A stretch of DNA of 64,000 bases from assembly GCA_010015585.1 (NCBI GenBank), contig ML975151.1; one strand, given 5' to 3'. Made by a program: the position numbers and the translations under genes. Source of the stretch: Eremomyces bilateralis CBS 781.70 (Eukaryota). The notes beneath the pieces are model-generated. The model did not search any database. It was not told the origin of the DNA and saw only the letters and a list, made by a program, of their open reading frames with translations. Below are positions 12,291-26,287 of this stretch, piece after piece. The number at the start of each line of letters is the position of its first letter. Within the stretch, counting starts at the first letter, position 1.

Positions 12291-15200
12291 ATGGCGGACG
12301 GTGAGGAGGATACACGACATACCCAACGAAATTACCTGGGCCCCTATACACCGAAGAATCCAATTCCAACTATCCAACACTATCAAGAAGTAAAGCAACA
12401 GCGCCGTAAAAATGCGCAGTTATCAAGAGACGATACCGGTGCCGGTGCATCGGAAGATCTTCAGGAAGAAAATCAAGATCCTACCTACGACCTAGGCAGG
12501 GAAGAGCTGGATGGCCCGTATAAGAGTCGAAATCTGAATATTGTAAATGCTTCGGCATCTTCTCAGGGCAGCAAAGAAGAGCGTGACGCAAACGGAGTGG
12601 ACAAGGAACAAAATGGAGGGCTGGATCGAGTCAAAGAAGGGCAGGGAGAGGAGAGTCGGCCCCAGGGGGAGTCCGAGACTATGGAAGACACATCTGAGAT
12701 GATACTGGGGGCTCAAGATCCCAAACAAAGGAGAAAAGCAATGAAGAAGCGAAGAGATGAGGGCGCAGAGCGGCAGGTGACAGACCCTGTCACCCATCTT
12801 CCAGTCCAAGTTCACGATTTTACTGGCAAGGATCTGAAGAGCACACCGCGGAATAACGAAGTGCTAAATCTGAAGCATGAGTCGACGACGAGCTTGAGCG
12901 GGTTAGACGAGGATCGATTGGAAGACGACAGGAGGGTTGCCCAGGATGGCGTCATGCAAATGCTCAAGCTATTTCCGCCTCCACAGTTCGATCAGGCAAA
13001 AGAAAACTTTGCAAGGCAGAGCCGAAATTTGTTCATCTGGGTATCGACTGGAGTTGCTCTGGTGACTCTTTGTCTCTTCCTTGTGGCAACACTATTTAAT
13101 GTGTCCGAACCGTTTGGTCGGACTTCATGGAAAGGCGTTGCCATTAGGACCATCCTCTCGACGGTGCTGATTGCAATCCCTGCTGTCGGGTCCATTTTCT
13201 TCTTAAGCGGGGTCCTCGAGAGGAAAGCAAGGGGCATTTGGGACTCTGAAGTATGGGAAGCAGAAAGGCAGGAAGGCAAAATGATTGCGAATTCCATGAA
13301 AATTCCCGAATCTGCGCAATGGCTGAACTCCTTGATTGCGTCGGTCTGGCCCCTAATCAATCCAGACCTCTTCACGAGCCTGGCGGACCGCTTGGAGGAT
13401 GTCATGCAAGCCAGTTTGCCAAAGACGGTGCGGATGGTGAGCGTTGAAGATCTAGGGCAAGGAAGCGAGTCGATCCGAATCCTTGGCGTTCGATGGCTGC
13501 CGTCTGGAGCGGCAACCGAATCCGTCACATCGGAAGGCAAGGTCCAATCCTCGGAGGAATCTAAAGAAGAGCATGGCAAGGAAGCAGAGGACCAAGGAGC
13601 AGAGACCATGGAGGCTGAAGAAGGGGACTTCATCAATCTGGAGCTGGGCTTCTCTTATCGTGCCCGGGCAGAATGGAAGGGTTTGAAGAATCGATCAAAG
13701 CAGGCGCATCTTTATCTTGCCTTTTATCTACCCGGAAACATCAAGTTTCGTACGTACTCTCTTCCGGTATGCGGACTATTGCTAACCAGTCTCCAGCCGT
13801 TTGGGTGGAATTACGAGGGATTGTTGGTATCATGCGAGTCCGACTTCAGCTGACCCCTGATCCCCCGTTCTTTTCTTTGGCGACGATAACATTCCTGGGT
13901 CAACCGAAAGTGGATCTTTCATGTGTTCCGTTGATGAAGAAAGGATTGAACATCATGGACCTTCCCCTGATATCAAACTTCGTCCAGAGCGCCGTCGATG
14001 CTGCGACCGCGGAGTACGTGGCACCCAAAAGCCTTACCTTGGACCTGAAAGACATGATCGTCGGAGATGATTTTAAGAAAGACACCAGTGCACGCGGCGT
14101 AATGGTTATACGGATCATTCGAGCCTTCGATTTCAAGCAAGGCGACGCCGGTTTTGGCCCATTCAAGGAAGGTAGCTCTGATGCCTACATCAGTGTCGGT
14201 TGGGCCAAATTTGGAAAACCGTTGTGGTCCACAAGAGTCATTCAGACTGACATGGAACCATGGTGGGATGAGACCGCATACGTCCTGGTTACCCCAGAGG
14301 AACTGAACGTAAATGAAAGCTTGAGGATCCAGCTGTGGGACTCAGATCGCTTGACTGCGGACGACGACCTTGGGCGCATCGAGCTGGATCTTAAGACGCT
14401 CATGCGCGACCACCAAACCAGTGGCAAGATGTGCGATAGAAGCGACGGTTTTAGAGCATTGAAGAAAGGCCATAGCATGCCTGGAAAATTGGAATGGAGT
14501 ATTGGCTATTACTCCAAAACAAGGCTTCTCGACTCTCAGATTGCCCAGCAGGACGATGATACCGATATCAAGTCTATGAAACAGCTAGAAGAGAAGGTGG
14601 AAGCAGAAAGCAAGGGAAAGCTTCAAGAAGCGAAGAGAAATGAGAAGAGCGAATTTGAGCAGCAAAAGGCACAGGACATGAAGGCAATGCAAGACGATAT
14701 GATCGGCAATGTCCCCCCCCCAGAAGAGTACCCAAGTGGAATTCTCTCGATCCAAATCCATCAAATCACCAATCTCGAACTTGAGGCGACAAACAAAAAT
14801 CAGACGGCAGCGAAAGAGTCCCGAAGCGACGAAACGGAGGAGGGCGATGACTTACCTAGCGGCTATTGTACCATCATCCTCAACCATTCGAAGATCTTCC
14901 GGACTCGAACGAAGCCGAAGAATTCGAAGCCATTCTTCAACGCCGGATGCGAGCGATTTATCCGCAATTGGAAGACGACCGAACTCCACGTGTCTGTACG
15001 CGACTCTCGAGTGCACGAGGATGACGCGCTTATGGGAGTGGTATACCTGCCGCTCGCCCATATTCTCAAACGACGGTCCCAGGTCAGTGAGTTCTTCCCT
15101 CTTGCCGGAGGGGTTGGATTTGGTCGGATACGGATTTCTCTCGTCTTTCGATCTGTCCAATTGCAATCACCACGACAAATGCTCGGGTGGGACTATGTGA

Positions 15201-16039
15201 CCTGCGATATCTCATCAGGGGTCAAAGTCATTGACGGCTGCGAAGGGTTGGAGAACTGCAAGATCAAGTTCAGGACAAACGCTGGGAAAGGCAAAATGAA
15301 ACCGTCGGGCCAAGTTGAAGACAAGCATTCATGGGAGACAAGAAAGAAAAGCCCGATAATGCTCGCTGTAAGGAAACGGTACTCCACGGCCTTACTGATC
15401 AAATTCCAACTTTCCTCCACCTTCGCCGACAAGACGCCTGCTTTTGCCGTCTTGTGGCTTAAGGATGTAGCGGATGAAGAGGATCAATCGTTCCAACTTA
15501 GCGTCTGGAAAGGGGATGTTGAGAGAGCGATAAAATGCTCCATGCCAGAATACGGGCAAAGAGTCGGGACGATCGAGATGCACATGAAGCTTTGGAGCGG
15601 CCTGAGCGGTTGTCACGCTGGACTCGCAAGCAACAACCCGAACCTTGAGGACATCATGGAAGTCCTGGACTGTACCAATGCCAGCGATGACGTCTCCGAC
15701 ACTGGTCCCGAACTTGATGCAAATGATAGCAGCGATTCGGATTCGGATTCCGAAGGTGACGAAGAATCGCTGTCAAACTCCGGAAGCAGGGGCCCGATTA
15801 GGGAAGCCAAAGAGTACAGGAATAATGCGAAGGACCTACACCGGAAGCATAAAGGAATGATGCAGTGGAAGGTAAGTTCATCTCCGGATCTTCTATCAAC
15901 CAGATTCGGCCTCGACTAACTATTCCAGGGGCCTCGAACACTCCAATGGCTGAAGCACAAAGCCGAACACGGAGGACAAAGAGTAGAGGGACTGTTCAAG
16001 CATCATGACCGGAATTCTGGTTTCGAGACTGAGGTTTGA
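12291..16039 (+). CDS. Membrane-anchored SMP + multi-C2 domain protein (Mug190/tricalbin-like), 3 exons
   Basis: VTDPVTHLPV, two TM segments, SMP start ESAQWLNSLIASVWPLINPDLF, C2 motifs (SDAYISVGW...QLWDSDRLTADDDLG); introns 13750-13796 and about 15872-15928; ends ...GFETEV*. Confidence 0.88.
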
Positions 16040-17286
16040 CGTTTTGGTTACACCGGATGCTGTCAGCCAGCAAGGCTTCTTCGCCATCCAACCAGAGCTT
16101 GAAGGTCTCGGAATGTACTCTGTACCTGAACAGGTGTCATTTGCATCATGTTGCGAGGATAACAGCGTGGCATGTAATTGCAGAGCCGCAATTCCACTAC
16201 CACAGGAGAGCCGGAAGGGGAGGTGTCCGATGATTTGACCGGAGTGGACAGTAATCCTCGACCCTTCGGGTCGGATGCTCGCCGGACTAGAGCTACATGA
16301 TATTCATGAGGGTGCCTGCAGGGCAACTTCACGAGACAGCCTAAATCGAAAGAGCCAATCTGTAGTCCATATGGGGGTCTCAGTTGGGGGTTGGCGTGAT
16401 GTAGGGTGATGTAGGAGTCCCGAAGCCAGCTGCTGCCAGTTCACTTCAGTGACCGGAAAGAGATATACTGTCCAGAGCTTAATCTGCTGCGGCGTGTATT
16501 CTGTTGTAGTCAAGCCGCCTTGGTCAGAACACCGCCCGATGATAGTTTAACGGCGGAGCGTCGATGATGCTTATATTGATTCCAATCAACAGCGACCTTC
16601 TCGCCTTCAAATATCAATGCGTTACCGTTGGATTTCGAGGTTTATATGAAGAAATGGCGGGGATCCCAGCACCCACTTCTGCACAGCCTTGCTGATCTCC
16701 CGACCCAGTCTGTTGGCTAAGATCGCACAAGGCCGCGGCCTACTACGTACGGACAACAGATCCGCAATCTGCAGTCTGAGAATTAGCGTTCTTGTCTAAA
16801 CCAAAGTCTGGTCAAGCCTGTCAAAGCGTGGTTGGGCGGTGGCTGAGCTGGGCGTTGGAGAGCGGGGACAGGGCTTCTTCTCCAGTTCAGGGATTTCCTA
16901 GCTGATTCCCAATTCGTCTCCGGTCAATTCAATAAGTGCTCACCGGCCACACGGCGGGATGACTGACCACCCGATCGTTCCAGTGGGTTTTTTCCTTCTC
17001 GCAAACAGTTTCAACTTTCAAATGAACGATTCTTGATCCGTGATGCAAGCGGTCGATTGTAGCGCGTCTTGGCGATCCCGGTGATCTTGGTTCTACGTCC
17101 TCTTATTGCTTGCACCTTCCGCCCTCTTGTCTCATTCTCGCTGCCTTGCTCCGCCCTCGAAACAGGATACCGAGAAAGTCATCGAGGCAACTGTGATAGT
17201 ATTATTGATGCCCATCTGTCCCTCTCACCGAAGCCCAGATTTCGTCACTTTGAGAGTGCCACGAAGTCGTTCTTTTGGACCGCGAG

Positions 17287-19929
17287 ATGACGGCTTTTTG
17301 CGACGCGACCCGAGAGAGTATTGGGGCATTTGCACGACTTTCACCGGCGTTTAATACCATCGGGGAATTTGAAGAACAGAATGACCAATTTTATGGTTTC
17401 CCGACCGAATCGGGTTTCTCTGCAGTTGGAGTCTCCCCGAGTGTATGGTCAACTGAGGTGGATCTAGACTATATTGGATCCGCATCGCTGAACATCGACA
17501 TCAATCTCAACTCGCAAGATTCAGACCTGTCGGTCTCTCCTTCAACGGTGCCGCTTATGAACCATAATCCGCCGATGATTCTGCAAGCAAGGTCAATACA
17601 AGGTCCCAATGGCTTCCCGCATCAGCGGATGACGCAGCGGGAGAGCACGAGGGACCGATATACTGGGGATTTTACACAGCGGGCGTCGCGATCCACACAA
17701 AGTAATACTCGAAGTTTATTTATTAGAGGATCATTAGAACTAACTATCTAATAGCAAGCCAGTCGACCTATGCGCCATTCCAATCTTCTACACCAGCTGT
17801 CCGGACGCCATTCGGATCGAGCGTTGATGCCTTTCAACATGACGCTCAATTCAGCGCTGTAAGCTATGACACGCGGCCACGAGGGGCATCTTTTAGTTTT
17901 GAAGAAGAGCCATGGTCCCCTGAGATACCACAGCATCGGCCATCTGATGCTCCCCAGCCAGATTTCAATCTTTTTGGACCCCCTTCAGACAATACTCCGG
18001 AACGGGTGCTCGGCTCCTTTGGTGAGGCGCATAGCTATATCCAATCTCATACCGGATCCTTCCCATCGGATAGCCCCATCAGCCCTGGCTTCATGTCGTC
18101 AAGACAACTTTCAACTTCATCTTTTGACCGGGGAGATCAGGCTCCGATACGGATATCAAGCCAAGGCCTTATCACTGACACGACGCTATGTGTGCCAGGG
18201 TCCAGTGTTGTGCGGCACCCTCTATCAGAATATTCGGATAGGATATCCATAGAAGGAGCGCTTTCTTCTGGGGCCCCATCGGACCCGGATTGGTGTTTGA
18301 TACACCACATGTCAGAGTCGTCTGGAAGCCCATTACCAACTGAAAAGGAAGAGCCGGCAAGTCCGCACTCCTCCTCTTCAGAATTTAAAACGAGCACTGT
18401 CTTTGTCAACCAATTTCAAACCGAGGCTATTCCAGCTGTGAAACAAGAAGCCACGCCAAAAGGTCCTGCTCGTCGGACGAGCAAGCGGCCCGGCGGACGG
18501 GCTCGCGGAACCCATTTGACACAGGACAAGGCGGAAAAAGTCAAAGAGCTCCGAGACATCGGATCCTGCTGGCTATGTGCGATCCAAAGAGACGAATGCA
18601 CCCCGGGGAGCCCCTGTGACCGATGCTACAAGCGTGCCCTGCGCCCGCAAGCAGACTTGATATTGGGATGTGACCGGACAAAGCTCCCTGATCTCAAGGA
18701 CTATTTCATCCCGGATGTAATCACGTCGATGCATGATACGAATACGTTGAAGAATTTCGTGAATCGACATATCCGCCGCTTCACCGGGAATACCATACGG
18801 ATCAAGTTTACGTTTATCTACGGCTTGCCTGGCCTAGACCATGATGTTGTGGAGTTTGAACCGAAGACGAATGAGCTGCTGCGACAGTTTCAGTACATAA
18901 TCGACCCGGCTACGGGCCGGCAGGATCGAGTGGAAAAGGCATCGCCTCCGCTTGGGATCACGAAATTTGATAACGAGGACACGAAGATATGGGAAAAGTA
19001 TCTGAATGATCTGGTGGAGCACCATCTGGATGGCTTTGCGGAAATATGTTTTGAGGATGAGCCTAATGATTTCCAATTCCGACTGCTGAAGCTAATGTGC
19101 AATTTGAAGCCCGAGGATAAGAACGAGGTATGTCTCAACGCTCCTATCTCGTGCCGCTTACTGACGAGTCACAGAAACTGCTCCTTCGAGAGATGTTCCG
19201 ATTGCTCATGGTCACTTACATCATGGGACATACCGTGACCATCCCCGACGCATCACGCGAGCAATATCTCTCCAAGCTCAAGAATTTCCGGAGCGCCCCG
19301 TACGGCCGCGACTGCTCTCCCCGCATGGCCAACCGGCAATTCAAATATTTTTTCCTCACACTGCACAAGGAGATCATGAACTCGGTCCTCCGCAAACTGC
19401 AGTTCCTCATCCGTAGCAGCAAAGGGTGCACCAAATGGACGTCCGCCTTCTGTACGATCCTGGGGCTCGCCATGGTCCTGGAAGATCAGCAGCGGACGAT
19501 CCACCTAGTCACTGATACGGATTTTGCGCAAGGCAAGATCACCGCGGAGCGAGCGGCCCGGCAAGCGGAGGATACGTGTCGCGTGATCGACGACCAGTTC
19601 CTGTTCCTGGCGAGTCTCTTCCGATGGAAATATAACCGACAATTCAACCCGCTTCGGGATGGGGTGGATAAGAAGAACGAGAAGATATTTGGGCCGCGAG
19701 CGATGCTGTTCATCAACGAGGTCGACAATTTGGTGCGCGAGAAATGTGAGTGCTTGCCTTGCGTGATCCGGCTTCCATGGAACGTTTATTGACGAGATTG
19801 GCAGCCGAGTATCTTCGTGCCCGAGAGCACATCAATATCTCAACGGAGAATCAGGAGAAGTACACGTCCCGACTCGTGTCTCGATTCCTGCTCTCTTTCT
19901 TTGGACCAGAGTCGCCATCGTCACGATAG
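17287..19929 (+). CDS. Zn2Cys6-type fungal transcription factor (atypical internal cluster), 4 exons
   Basis: GRARGTHLTQDKAEKVKELRDIGSCWLCAIQRDECTPGSPCDRCYKR...GCDR; introns 17702-17754, 19128-19174 and 19746-19804 keep the frame. Start codon uncertain. Confidence 0.82.
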
Positions 19930-20262
19930 TGCTTATACACGCTGGATTTTCAAACTTACGTCCTTGGATCCTAGACAGGATCACGAATTACGGCCCTTGA
20001 CATGACATAACAGATGTTTTCAAATACGGATGACTTTGTAATACCCGGATGACTTTGTATTTTGGTATCTCATGTATATGCTACCATAGTTTAGCATTCC
20101 GGTTAGCTTTCATTTGAATATCGCCTCTACAGGGCGACTATTGCACCCATCTGATTGCATCTATGCGAAATGCTGCGTTCGCCTGCTCATTGGGACACTG
20201 GATGGCGTGATCCGACATCCTTTCCGTCGATCTTCAATATAACCACTTCCTCGATCTCCCGG

Positions 20263-20817
20263 CTACGCGACTCCAAACGTAACCCGAATCCAAAGGCTAC
20301 ACCCTCTACACCCCACCACTAGTTCCCCCGTACTCCTCCCCTCCACCAACGCCCCTTCCAGCTCCCCTTCCGTAACCACGAACCCCTCCTCCTCTCCACA
20401 CCGACACGCCCACGACCACCGCTCCCGCGCCTCGTCAAACGCCATCTCCTCCAAATCTACCGTCTCCAACCCATCGTCATCCCGCCCCGTCCCGCTCGGC
20501 AGCGTGCCGTCGGGCGTCGTCACCGCGCCATTCCGTCGGAGGAGCAGGTCGCGGTCGTATACGCGCCGGGATTCCGGGTCGGCGAGGGTGGCGTAGGCGT
20601 GTTTGATCTCGTCGATCGTCGGCGGCGGCGCGGCAGATTTGCTCAGGGAGAAGCCATGCTCGGGTTCTGGGAGGCGGACGGCAAGCTCACTGTCTCGGAG
20701 TGCTTTATCGGGGTGGAATCGTAGGAGGGTGCGGTGGTAGGCGGTCTTGAGGGTCGCGGGTGATGGTGGGCCGTCGCCGGAGGGGGTTGGGAGGGAGAGG
20801 ATTTCGTAGTGGTTCAT
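20263..20817 (-). CDS. DPH4: Diphthamide biosynthesis protein 4 (J-domain + CSL zinc finger)
   Basis: MNHYEILSL...YHRTLLRFHPDK J-domain, then VDLEEM...CRCG...GCRGCSLWIRV. First ATG is at 20817. Confidence 0.92.
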   Translation of the reverse strand: MNHYEILSLPTPSGDGPPSPATLKTAYHRTLLRFHPDKALRDSELAVRLPEPEHGFSLSKSAAPPPTIDEIKHAYATLADPESRRVYDRDLLLRRNGAVTTPDGTLPSGTGRDDDGLETVDLEEMAFDEARERWSWACRCGEEEGFVVTEGELEGALVEGRSTGELVVGCRGCSLWIRVTFGVA

Positions 20818-21113
20818 GCGACTTGGTGTAAGCGAGGGAGAGACATACAGGGATTGAGCCAGGCCTCCTCGCAATGCCTCATCGATTCGAGGGTGAATTA
20901 TCCATGTTGGAAAGTTAAAAGAAAGAGTATGTTCTAACGGAGTGGGTGGAAAACCGGCATCATATTCCGGGTTGCTCCGTATATTTCATACTTTGGCCGG
21001 GCCCGTGATCGGCATCCAAACTCGACAATCGACACATCGTCATCATAGCTTGTTTTCAAGTGCTCACTTTCACGTAACATCGATCAAGTTGCCGTGTATT
21101 TCCAATCGAGAAT

Positions 21114-22090
21114 ATGGCTTCGTCAACGATCCCCCGGTTTCTGCTCCCAAGAATTTCTTGGAAAACACCCGGCGCAGTCGGAAGAAGAGCAAGGGAATCC
21201 GTCTCGCAATGTCGCGGTCTACATATCGCAACTCGATCTCCGGCCGGTTATATATACGCTCAACGAAAGGTTGCATTCTCGAATGGCGACGCTCCCAAGT
21301 CGAGGTCCGAAGCGACGAGGCAGGCAGGTTTGGCCTCCGCCATTCAACGCCGGACGTTCGCCAGCACCGCTCGGAGACAGCGAGACCACCATTTCGACAC
21401 GCTGAAGTTCGTTCAGCGGCTGAAGGAGGAAGGATTCACGGAAGAGCAAGCCGTAGCGATGATGAAGATCCTCGGCGATGTTATTGAGGAGAGGTACGAT
21501 CCTGTCCCGCACTCTATCACTCTACTTCGTTCCAACTAACGAATCCTATCTCTATAGCATCCAAAACCTCACCCGCACCATGGTCCTCCGCGAAGACCAG
21601 GAAAAAACCACCTACACCCAAAAAGTCGACTTCGCGAAACTCCGCTCGGAGCTGCTGACTGCCGATTCCACCGAGTCGTCCCTGACGCGCGGGTCACACG
21701 ACCGCCTGACCAACGAGATCGCCAAGCTGAACTCGCGGCTACGCGACGAGATCCAGCGGACGCAGGCGTCGGTGCGGCTGGACCTGAACCTCGAGAAGGG
21801 GCGCATCCGTGAGGAGGCGAACGTGCAGGAGATGAAGCTCAAGGAGACGGAGACGCGGATCGAGCAGGAATCGGCAGTGCTGACTGAGCGGTTGGAGGCG
21901 GTTAAGTTTTCGACGTTGCAGTGGCTGATGTGAGTAATTTGAACACTTTCGGCGTAGTTGCGGCAATTATGCCTTGCATTGCGGCTACTTTCAACGGAGA
22001 TGGCCAGGCATACTAACTGGATTTGCTTGTAGGGGCGTCGCAACGGGTACGGCAGCGTTGATTCTTGGTGCTTGGAGACTGCTCATGTGA
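21114..22090 (+). CDS. FMP32: Mitochondrial DUF1640 protein (Fmp32/CCDC90/MCUR1-like), 3 exons
   Basis: HHFDTLKFVQRLKEEGF, YTQKVDFAKLRSEL, ASVRLDLNLEKGRIREE and C-terminal TM LQWLMGVATGTAALILGAWRLLM; introns 21494-21557 and 21930-22032. Confidence 0.9.
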
Positions 22091-23357
22091 GATGGATGAC
22101 GAGCAAGATGGCGATGAACCGTTAGTTTCAACGAGGCTAAGTTGGACCAATAGCTTCCTGGATCTACTATTGTTCGGGCAAACCATAGCGCACCGATGTG
22201 AAATGATGTTCGATCTGATCTGAGACCCACAGCGGTTGTTTAATGTTGTTTCGACATGTGACCTTGGTGTTGTTGTGATCGAAAAGTTGGCCATGGTCTC
22301 TCAGCCTCCCAGACCATCAAGAGAGGCCGGAACAGGCTTCATCTGCTGTGCTGGACGTGGGTTGCTGCAGTTACATGGGTACCTTCAATTTCTTCGCAGC
22401 CAGTGGGAATCCGAGATGGAGGGGGCGACCACTGAATTGTAGACATGTGCAGATGGATATGTACTAGCGAAATACCTGCCCACGATGACCGGTCCCAGGA
22501 GGGCGAAGCACTCTGGTAATTTTCCCGCATATTTGGCGGATAATACAGTAACGCCGGTGTCTACGCCACTCTGGTATGGGGCCGGCCATGACGTTCTAGA
22601 GGGTTCGGAGATGAGTTGGACACATGCCGCCCTTTGCATCAACCTGATTCAGTGCGATAACGCGTCTCCGTATATTTCACTTGTCACTTGTCAGGATGAT
22701 TTAAAGGCACCGTATCCTAGTCACGCAATCCAAAGTAACACGACTACACGGGGGCAGTAGCGCAACTAATGGACAGTAGGAGTAACAGTGTACTGGAATT
22801 GTGTGGAGTGAGCTGGTACGATGGTTGTAGATGTTGCCATGTTGGGGGTCGGGGGAGTGAGAAGAAGGGCGGAATAATCACGATCATCAGTATGGTTGTT
22901 TGGCTAGGGGTAAGGGTAACACACCATCCATTCCATTGATGACTACATATCTCATATAGGCTGTGAGGGAGAAATGGTTGAATCCTGCTGAGTGAAACGG
23001 TGTATCATGTATGAGTTGTTTCCAAGTCTCTCCTCCCAACCGTCCAAGTCTCCCACTCCGAGTCAAGTGTCAACCCCGTGACCGACTGCGACTTCCGTCT
23101 GAGGGGCATTCCCAACACAGACTAGCGTGACTTCACCGTAGAGCGCAGTCGCAACCCAGCGCTGCTCCTGCCCTCTCGCATTTCCCTCCACCACCTCCAC
23201 CACCTCCACCACCGCAGCCAGACCTTCTTAGTTCTTTTCCATCAACAACCTCCCACTTCCCCCACACAATCCCCATCTGACACCACTCAACCCGTTCCAT
23301 TTTCTTCGTTGACCATTCCACGACCCAACTACTACTCTCCTCCACATCATCTCCACG

Positions 23358-24765
23358 ATGACTTCTGAAGTGAGTACTCTCCTACCTATACCCTCCAGTG
23401 CTTGCGCTCGCGCCCGTGTCTGCTACATCATACCCCTCTAATCGTTCCGTGTATTGTTGATAACCGTTTCCTGGTCGCTAACATGCCTTTCTGCATCGCA
23501 GCGCGAGAAGTACGTGATCTTGACTCCGAGTATTCCTCAACTATGGTGGATTGACCGTATCCAACAGCAAAACCTTCCTTGCCCGGCTGTGCGAGCAGGC
23601 TGAGCGTTACGATGGTGTGTCCACTCCCTCCACACCTCCACATCCTCTCCGCCAACGATGAAACATGTTACTGACTCGCAGCAACGTAGAGATGGTCACG
23701 TACATGAAGGTAAGCTGGGAGCGACGATGACTGTTTACGAGCAAATTTTGACTGACTCTCGCCATAGGAAGTTGCCAAGGTACGCCTTCCCGATCCAGTT
23801 TGAGGCGCCTGCAGCCGCGCGATTACATGAAGATGCGGTCCCATGTAGATTACATCCCATCTAACACCACCTTGCTCACAGCTCGGCGGCGAACTCACCG
23901 TCGATGAGCGTAACCTCCTGTCCGTGGCCTACAAGAACGTCGTGGGCACCCGCCGCGCCTCGTGGCGCATCATCTCCTCCATCGAGCAGAAGGAGGAATC
24001 CAAGGGCTCGGATAAGCACGTCTCAACCATCCGCGATTATCGTCAGAAGATCGAGACCGAGCTTGAGAAGGTCTGCCAGGATGTGCTGGACGTCTTGGAC
24101 GAGAGCCTGATCCCCAAGGCTGAATCTGGCGAGTCCAAGGTGTTCTACCACAAGATGTAAGTTCTCCCGAACCTGACATTATCTGGTTGAAAATGCAGCT
24201 TCAATGAGGTCCTGGCCGTACGGTTGTTGTTAGAGTTCTAACTCATGAATTACAGGAAGGGTGACTACCATCGCTACCTTGCCGAGTTCGCTTCTGGAGA
24301 CAAGCGCAAGAACGCTGCTACTGCCGCGCATGATGCCTACAAGGTGAGACGAAGCAAATTCGTTGCCGCCTGAGCTCCAACTAACAGGGACTTTAGAACG
24401 CTACCGATGTTGCTCAAACGGAGCTCACCCCTACCCATCCAATCCGCCTGGGTCTGGCGCTCAACTTCTCCGTGTTCTACTACGAGATCTTGAACTCCCC
24501 TGACCGAGCTTGTCATCTCGCCAAGCAAGCTTTCGATGACGCCATCGCTGAGCTTGACTCGCTTTCTGAGGAGTCGTACCGGGATAGCACTCTCATCATG
24601 CAGTTGCTCCGGGACAACCTCACCCTGTGGACGTCATCGGACGGCAACGAGCCTGAGGCGGCCGCGGAGACGAAGGCCGAGCCGGCCAAGGAAGAGACCA
24701 AGGCAGAGGAGCCAGCGCCTGCACCGGAGCCCGCGAAGGAGGAGCAGCCCGCTGCTGCGGCTTAA
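23358..24765 (+). CDS. 14-3-3 protein (Bmh/Rad24 family), 8 exons
   Basis: Exons 23358-69, 23502-09, 23568-614, 23690-709, 23768-79, 23882-24156, 24256-343 and 24397-765 translate to [52 protein letters not shown]...[20 protein letters not shown]...[17 protein letters not shown]. Confidence 0.97.
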
Positions 24766-26287
24766 ACGGTCTTCTTTTGCGTCGTCCCAGTCCATCGATC
24801 GCGTGAGACACGTTTCAAAGATGTTTCATCTCCTCCCACCTCGCCCTCTCTTCGATCGCAGATGATAAAACGGATATCATAGACGCAGGCACACCTGCCG
24901 GTGTTCTGAGGTAGCTGGACTCTAACGCATCGGAGAGCGGAGATAGACAATAACACGAGACTCATGGAGAACGTAGCCTTCGCAGTCGAGGGTCTCTTGG
25001 CACCGGCACAGGCACAGTTCGGCGTCGTCACTCATGTTTGGCACGGCTATTCTACAGGTCATTCTGGCAGCTGATATCAATCTCGTTGACCCTTGCGTTT
25101 TCCCTTTCCTTTTATCCAACATCCCCTTCCTGAAATATCCAGTCTCGACCATCATGTTATGCTTCCCCCCGATCACAGCACCCCTTTCCCTCTCTTTTCG
25201 TCGTGCTGCGCAAGCTCCGTTCAAAATTGGTTTCCCTTACACGTAGCGATAGGTGATGGATAGTCCTCTAAACGAGGTTATCCGGGCATGATATCAAAAT
25301 CAGAAGTATTCTATGGATGTCTGTCTCCGCTGTGATTGAGATGGCGACATGAATGCCGAGGACGTTGATAGTGTCACCTTCGATTGCCAATATTCCTTCC
25401 AAGTGCCCCCCATGATCCATGCAGGTATTGTATTTGCAAGCGATTTTGGTCCATCTGAGCGTTTTCTGGTAGAAACATCAGATGTGGTACGTAGCCTTCC
25501 GTGGCTGAAGCGGACCCAGCCGTGTGACGGTTTCCCAGCCCGGCGCTTGCAGAGTGAAACTCACCCCGTCACCACGCATGTCCAAAGCGAGCGCATGTCT
25601 CGCGATGGGCCGTATCCACCTTGCATCCGAGCGAGCCTATCTAGATCATAGAAATGTAAGGAATCGCTAGACGACCAGGAATCGGATGACGTGGATGGAC
25701 AACCGTGAGAAGTGGGAAATGTGCGATACCGTCCACGTCGCGGTGATTGGCGCACGCGGGGCATCGGGGAACTTTCTAAGCGCGCTGTTGTCCCCCCCCT
25801 CCACTCTTCCCTGGTGGCCCATGATGTGGCCAGCCCCTTGGCGAATTGACGATGAGGACAGGCTTGGGATACTTGTACTCTTCGGGCTGGACGGGCGGCT
25901 AACTTACTGTTTATTCGTCGCCGGGGCTGGGTGGGACGTGAGAGACTTGGATTTGGACGCTTGAGGCTCCTTGTCAAGGACCACATCGCCGCCCAAGCAC
26001 CTGATACTATTAGGTATTGATCACGGCCATCATTTCTCGAATCTCAATCTGTCGCTGTAATTATACCTACTCAGCCCATCCCTCTTTTAGTTGGGGTTTC
26101 GAGTTTGATCTTAACTTCTTGACTTGATTCCTTCTTACTCTAAACATTGTATCCGTCTATAACTCCACCTGGAAGCTTGGGTTCACCCGCACTCCACTTC
26201 CCCGCCGAGTCCATCTCGGTCAGGGCATATTGACTTGGTGCGCTTGCATCACCGCAACCGGAACCCCACGACCACTCCCAAGCGACG

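Noticed and set aside
20027..20059. 14-bp direct repeat CGGATGACTTTGTA x2
   Set aside because: Only two copies in a 3' intergenic region, consistent with a simple local duplication rather than an array.
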